From the NCBI GenBank assembly GCA_026770705.1, contig JANJGN010000001.1, positions 47,430,001-47,494,000 of the forward strand: a stretch of 64,000 bases of DNA. The letters are read 5' to 3'. This document shows, one piece after another, positions 61,343 to 64,000 of the stretch. The notes under the pieces are model-generated. The model saw only the letters and a program-made list of their open reading frames with translations. It was not told where the DNA came from and made no database searches. Both the position numbers and the translations under genes were made by a program. Position 1 is the first letter of the stretch. Each line of letters starts with the position of its first letter. This DNA is from Isurus oxyrinchus (Eukaryota).

Positions 61343-62520
61343 AGGTTCATTGGATTAAAGCTTCCCAGGTGTCCCTGCCTCCCTGGAGTATGCCCACTAC
61401 CCCCTAAGCATTTCCCTGTGCATGTTCATCCTCAGACTCACTGCTGGACCCATCGTGTGCAGCCGCAGCCACTGCTTCGATATCTTCATCATCCACTGTG
61501 TCCCCCCTTTCCTGCAAGATTGTGGAGAGCGCAGCATGCAACCACTATCATCGACACACTATCTGGGGGATATTGGAGTGCGCCCCCTGAATGGTTGATG
61601 AAGTGCATCTTGAGAAAACCGATGGCTCTCTCCACCACAGCCCTTGTGGAGGCGTGGCTCCTATTGTACCGCTGCTCAGCTTCTGTTCTTGGATGGCGGA
61701 GAGGCATCATGAGCCACCTTCTGAGGGGATAGCCCTTGTTACCCACCAGCCATCCATCAAGCCAGGCTGGAGCACTGAAGAGCCCCGGCATCTGGGAGTG
61801 TCTGAGGATGTAGGCATTGTGGGAGCTGCCTGGGTTCATTGTACAGACTTGTACAATCTGCATCCTGTGGTCACACACTATCTGCACGTTCATGGAGTGG
61901 AAGCCTTTCCTGTTGACGAAGGCACCGGGCTCACTTGCTGGCGCCTTGATAGTCACATGTGTACAGTCTATAACACCCTGGACACGGGGGAAGCCAGCAA
62001 TGGCTGCGTAGCCTCTGGCTCATTGTGCCTGGCTTTTCTGGTCCCAAAGGTAGTGGATAAAGGTCAATGCACGCCTGAACAGAGCGTCTGTAACCTGCTT
62101 GACACAAGTGTGGACAGCTGATTGGGAGACACCGCAAAGGATCCAGAGGCATAGAAGTTGAGGGCAGCTGTGACCTTCAAAGCCACTCGCATGGGGTGTC
62201 CACCCACACAGTTAGGAGAGATCTCAGGCCCAATCATTTGATAGATATATTTGACTGTCTCCCTTGAGAGCTGGAGTCCCCTTCATCACTGAACCTCAGA
62301 CATATTGAGGTTACTGCTTTGCTGCCTGTATACCCTGGCAGTAGGAGAGTGGTGTCTTCTGTGGCCCCTTCTGCCTTGGACTACCTCTTGGCCCTGCGCC
62401 CCTTGTGTCTGCTCCCCTGGAGGCTGAATGTGCACTCCTGGCCTCCTCCCCCTTCTAGCCTCCCTTCCTCCTCAGAGGAGGTGCCTCCAGTGGGCAGTTC
62501 AGCTCCTATTCCCAGGCTAA
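61340..62520 (-). pseudogene. Harbinger (HARBI1-like, DDE_Tnp_4-type) transposase
   Basis: LKVTAALNFYASGSF, AGFPRVQGVIDCTHV, FVNRKGFHSMNVQIVCD, PGSSHN, LVGNKGYP, VVERAIG, ACCALHN; stops and frameshifts; two conserved Asp changed to Asn. Confidence 0.93.
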
Positions 62521-63257
62521 GGGAAGGCTTCCTGAAACCTGCAGGCCCGGAAAGATTCCTCATTGCAGAGTGCTGTCCTGAAGGTTAAGAGTCCGGAAAA
62601 AGCAACTGGTATGCACTTTGAAGTACTGCAGGTCACACAGGCAAGTTTCAAAAATAAATACTTGACTGTGCACACTCGCAACCCCACTAAGCCCTCTTAC
62701 CCCGCCCATGGATGAGCCTAATACAAATATGTCCAACCCACCTGCCCATTGTGCCCATGCGCTGACCCGAAGATTTTACAGGCACTGAAAAATCAGCGTC
62801 ATTTGGTGAGTCAAGGGCCTTAAGTGGTCCATTAATTAGTGACGGGTGTGCATCGGACATCATCGCATGCCCGCCTAGTGAAATTTCGCGATGGCGCAAG
62901 GTGACATTGGGACACTCGCCCAACGTCACCATGCGTCATTTTTCGCGTGGACGTGCGGGGTGCATGCCAATGAGAAAATTCTGCCCTCTGTTTCCAGTCT
63001 GTCAACCCATTCTCAATCTATGCCAATATATTACCCTGATCTCATGTGCATTAATTTTGCCCACTAGCCTCTTATGTGGAACTTGTCAAAAGCCTCCTTG
63101 AAATCCAAATACACCATATGCACTGGTTCTCCCTTAGCTATTCTACTAGTTATATCCTCAAAAAACTCCAGTAGATTATTTAAGAATGATTTCCCTTTCA
63201 TAAGCCAATGCTGATTTTGTCTAATCCCTTAAAGTTTTCCAAATGTTCTGTTACCAC

Positions 63258-63329
63258 AGACGGGATTTTCTGGCCCCGGCCAGAGGTCCATTGACTTGCG
63301 GCGGCAGGCGGGTATGGAAAATCCCACCC
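63258..63329. mobile_element. 72-bp Harbinger-type MITE in CR1
   Basis: TIRs agacgggattttc / gaaaatcccaccc; TSD CAC/CAC. Confidence 0.8.
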
Positions 63330-64000
63330 CACGTCTTTTATAGTAGACTCCAGCATTTTCCCCACTACTGATGTTCATCTAACTGGTCTGTAATTCTTTG
63401 GTTTTTGTCCCTCCTTTTTTAAGCAGTGGGCTTACATTTGCCACCCTCCTATCTGTAGGAACTGCTCCAGAGTCTATAGCATTTTGGAAGATGACCACCA
63501 ATGCATCCAATATTTCCAGAGCCACTTCCTTTCGTACTCTGGAATGCAGATTTTCAGGCCCTGGGGATTTTTCAGCCTTTAACCCCATTAATTTCTCTCG
63601 CACCATTTTTTTTACTAATACTGATATTCTTCAATTCCTCCCTCTCACTAGACCCTTGGTTCCCTAACATCTCTGGGAAATTATTTGTGTCCTCTTTTGT
63701 GAAGGTAGAACCAAACTATGTGTTCAATTCTTCAGCTGTTTCTTTGTTCCCCATTATAATTTCCCCCGTTTCTGACTGTAAGGGACCTTCATTTGTCTTT
63801 GCTAATCTTTTTCTCTTCACATATTTATAGAAGCTCTTACAACCAGTTTTTATGTTCACTGCAAGTTTACTCTCATACTTCATTTTCCCCTTCTTGATCA
63901 ATCCTTTTGTCCACTTTTGCTGAATTCTAAATTGCTCCCAATCCTCAGGCTTGCTGTTTTTCTCACAATTTTATATGTCTCCTCTTTGGATCTAATACTG

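Larger units (their letters stand above)
58516..62986. mobile_element. Harbinger element D, full structure
   Basis: TIRs GGGCTGAATTTTCT / AGAAAATTCTGCCC; TSD TCT/TCT; flanks rejoin into continuous CR1; convergent Myb and transposase genes. Confidence 0.94.
56760..64000 (-). mobile_element. CR1 LINE inserted in element C and split by three Harbinger-type insertions
   Basis: (gaaacata)n tail split by a MITE; RT ORFs 57599-58460; sequence rejoins across 58515/62990; continues beyond the window. Confidence 0.9.

Noticed and set aside
61340-62520. Host HARBI1 or NAIF1 genes
   Set aside because: The sequences sit between TIRs with a TSD inside a CR1, and the transposase is disrupted, so these are transposon copies.

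Overview
This is TE-dense vertebrate DNA, intronic or intergenic, and its repeat families (CR1 with octamer tails, L2, Deu-type tRNA-SINEs, Penelope remnants, Gypsy LTRs) point to a cartilaginous fish (shark-like). No recognisable host protein-coding gene is present. The window is dominated by a PIF/Harbinger DNA-transposon system. Two full-structure elements (46686-51479, 58516-62986) carry a spliced three-exon Myb/SANT gene tail-to-tail with a HARBI1-type DDE transposase. There are also Myb-only and internally deleted derivatives and about a dozen MITEs with GGGC(A/T)G(A/G)ATTTT-type TIRs and 3-bp TSDs. The spliced Myb gene of the last element is still open (about 528 aa by my manual splicing) and keeps an RGRP AT-hook. 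At least eight short Penelope-derived insertions carry minimal type-I hammerhead-ribozyme motifs, three with a shared non-canonical core, and a Penelope RT fragment is also present. In the TE-poor stretches I see a candidate Pol II promoter and first exon (~6.7-7.1 kb), two candidate internal exons and a perfect DR5 retinoic-acid response element. All calls come from reading the sequence only, and many boundaries are approximate.
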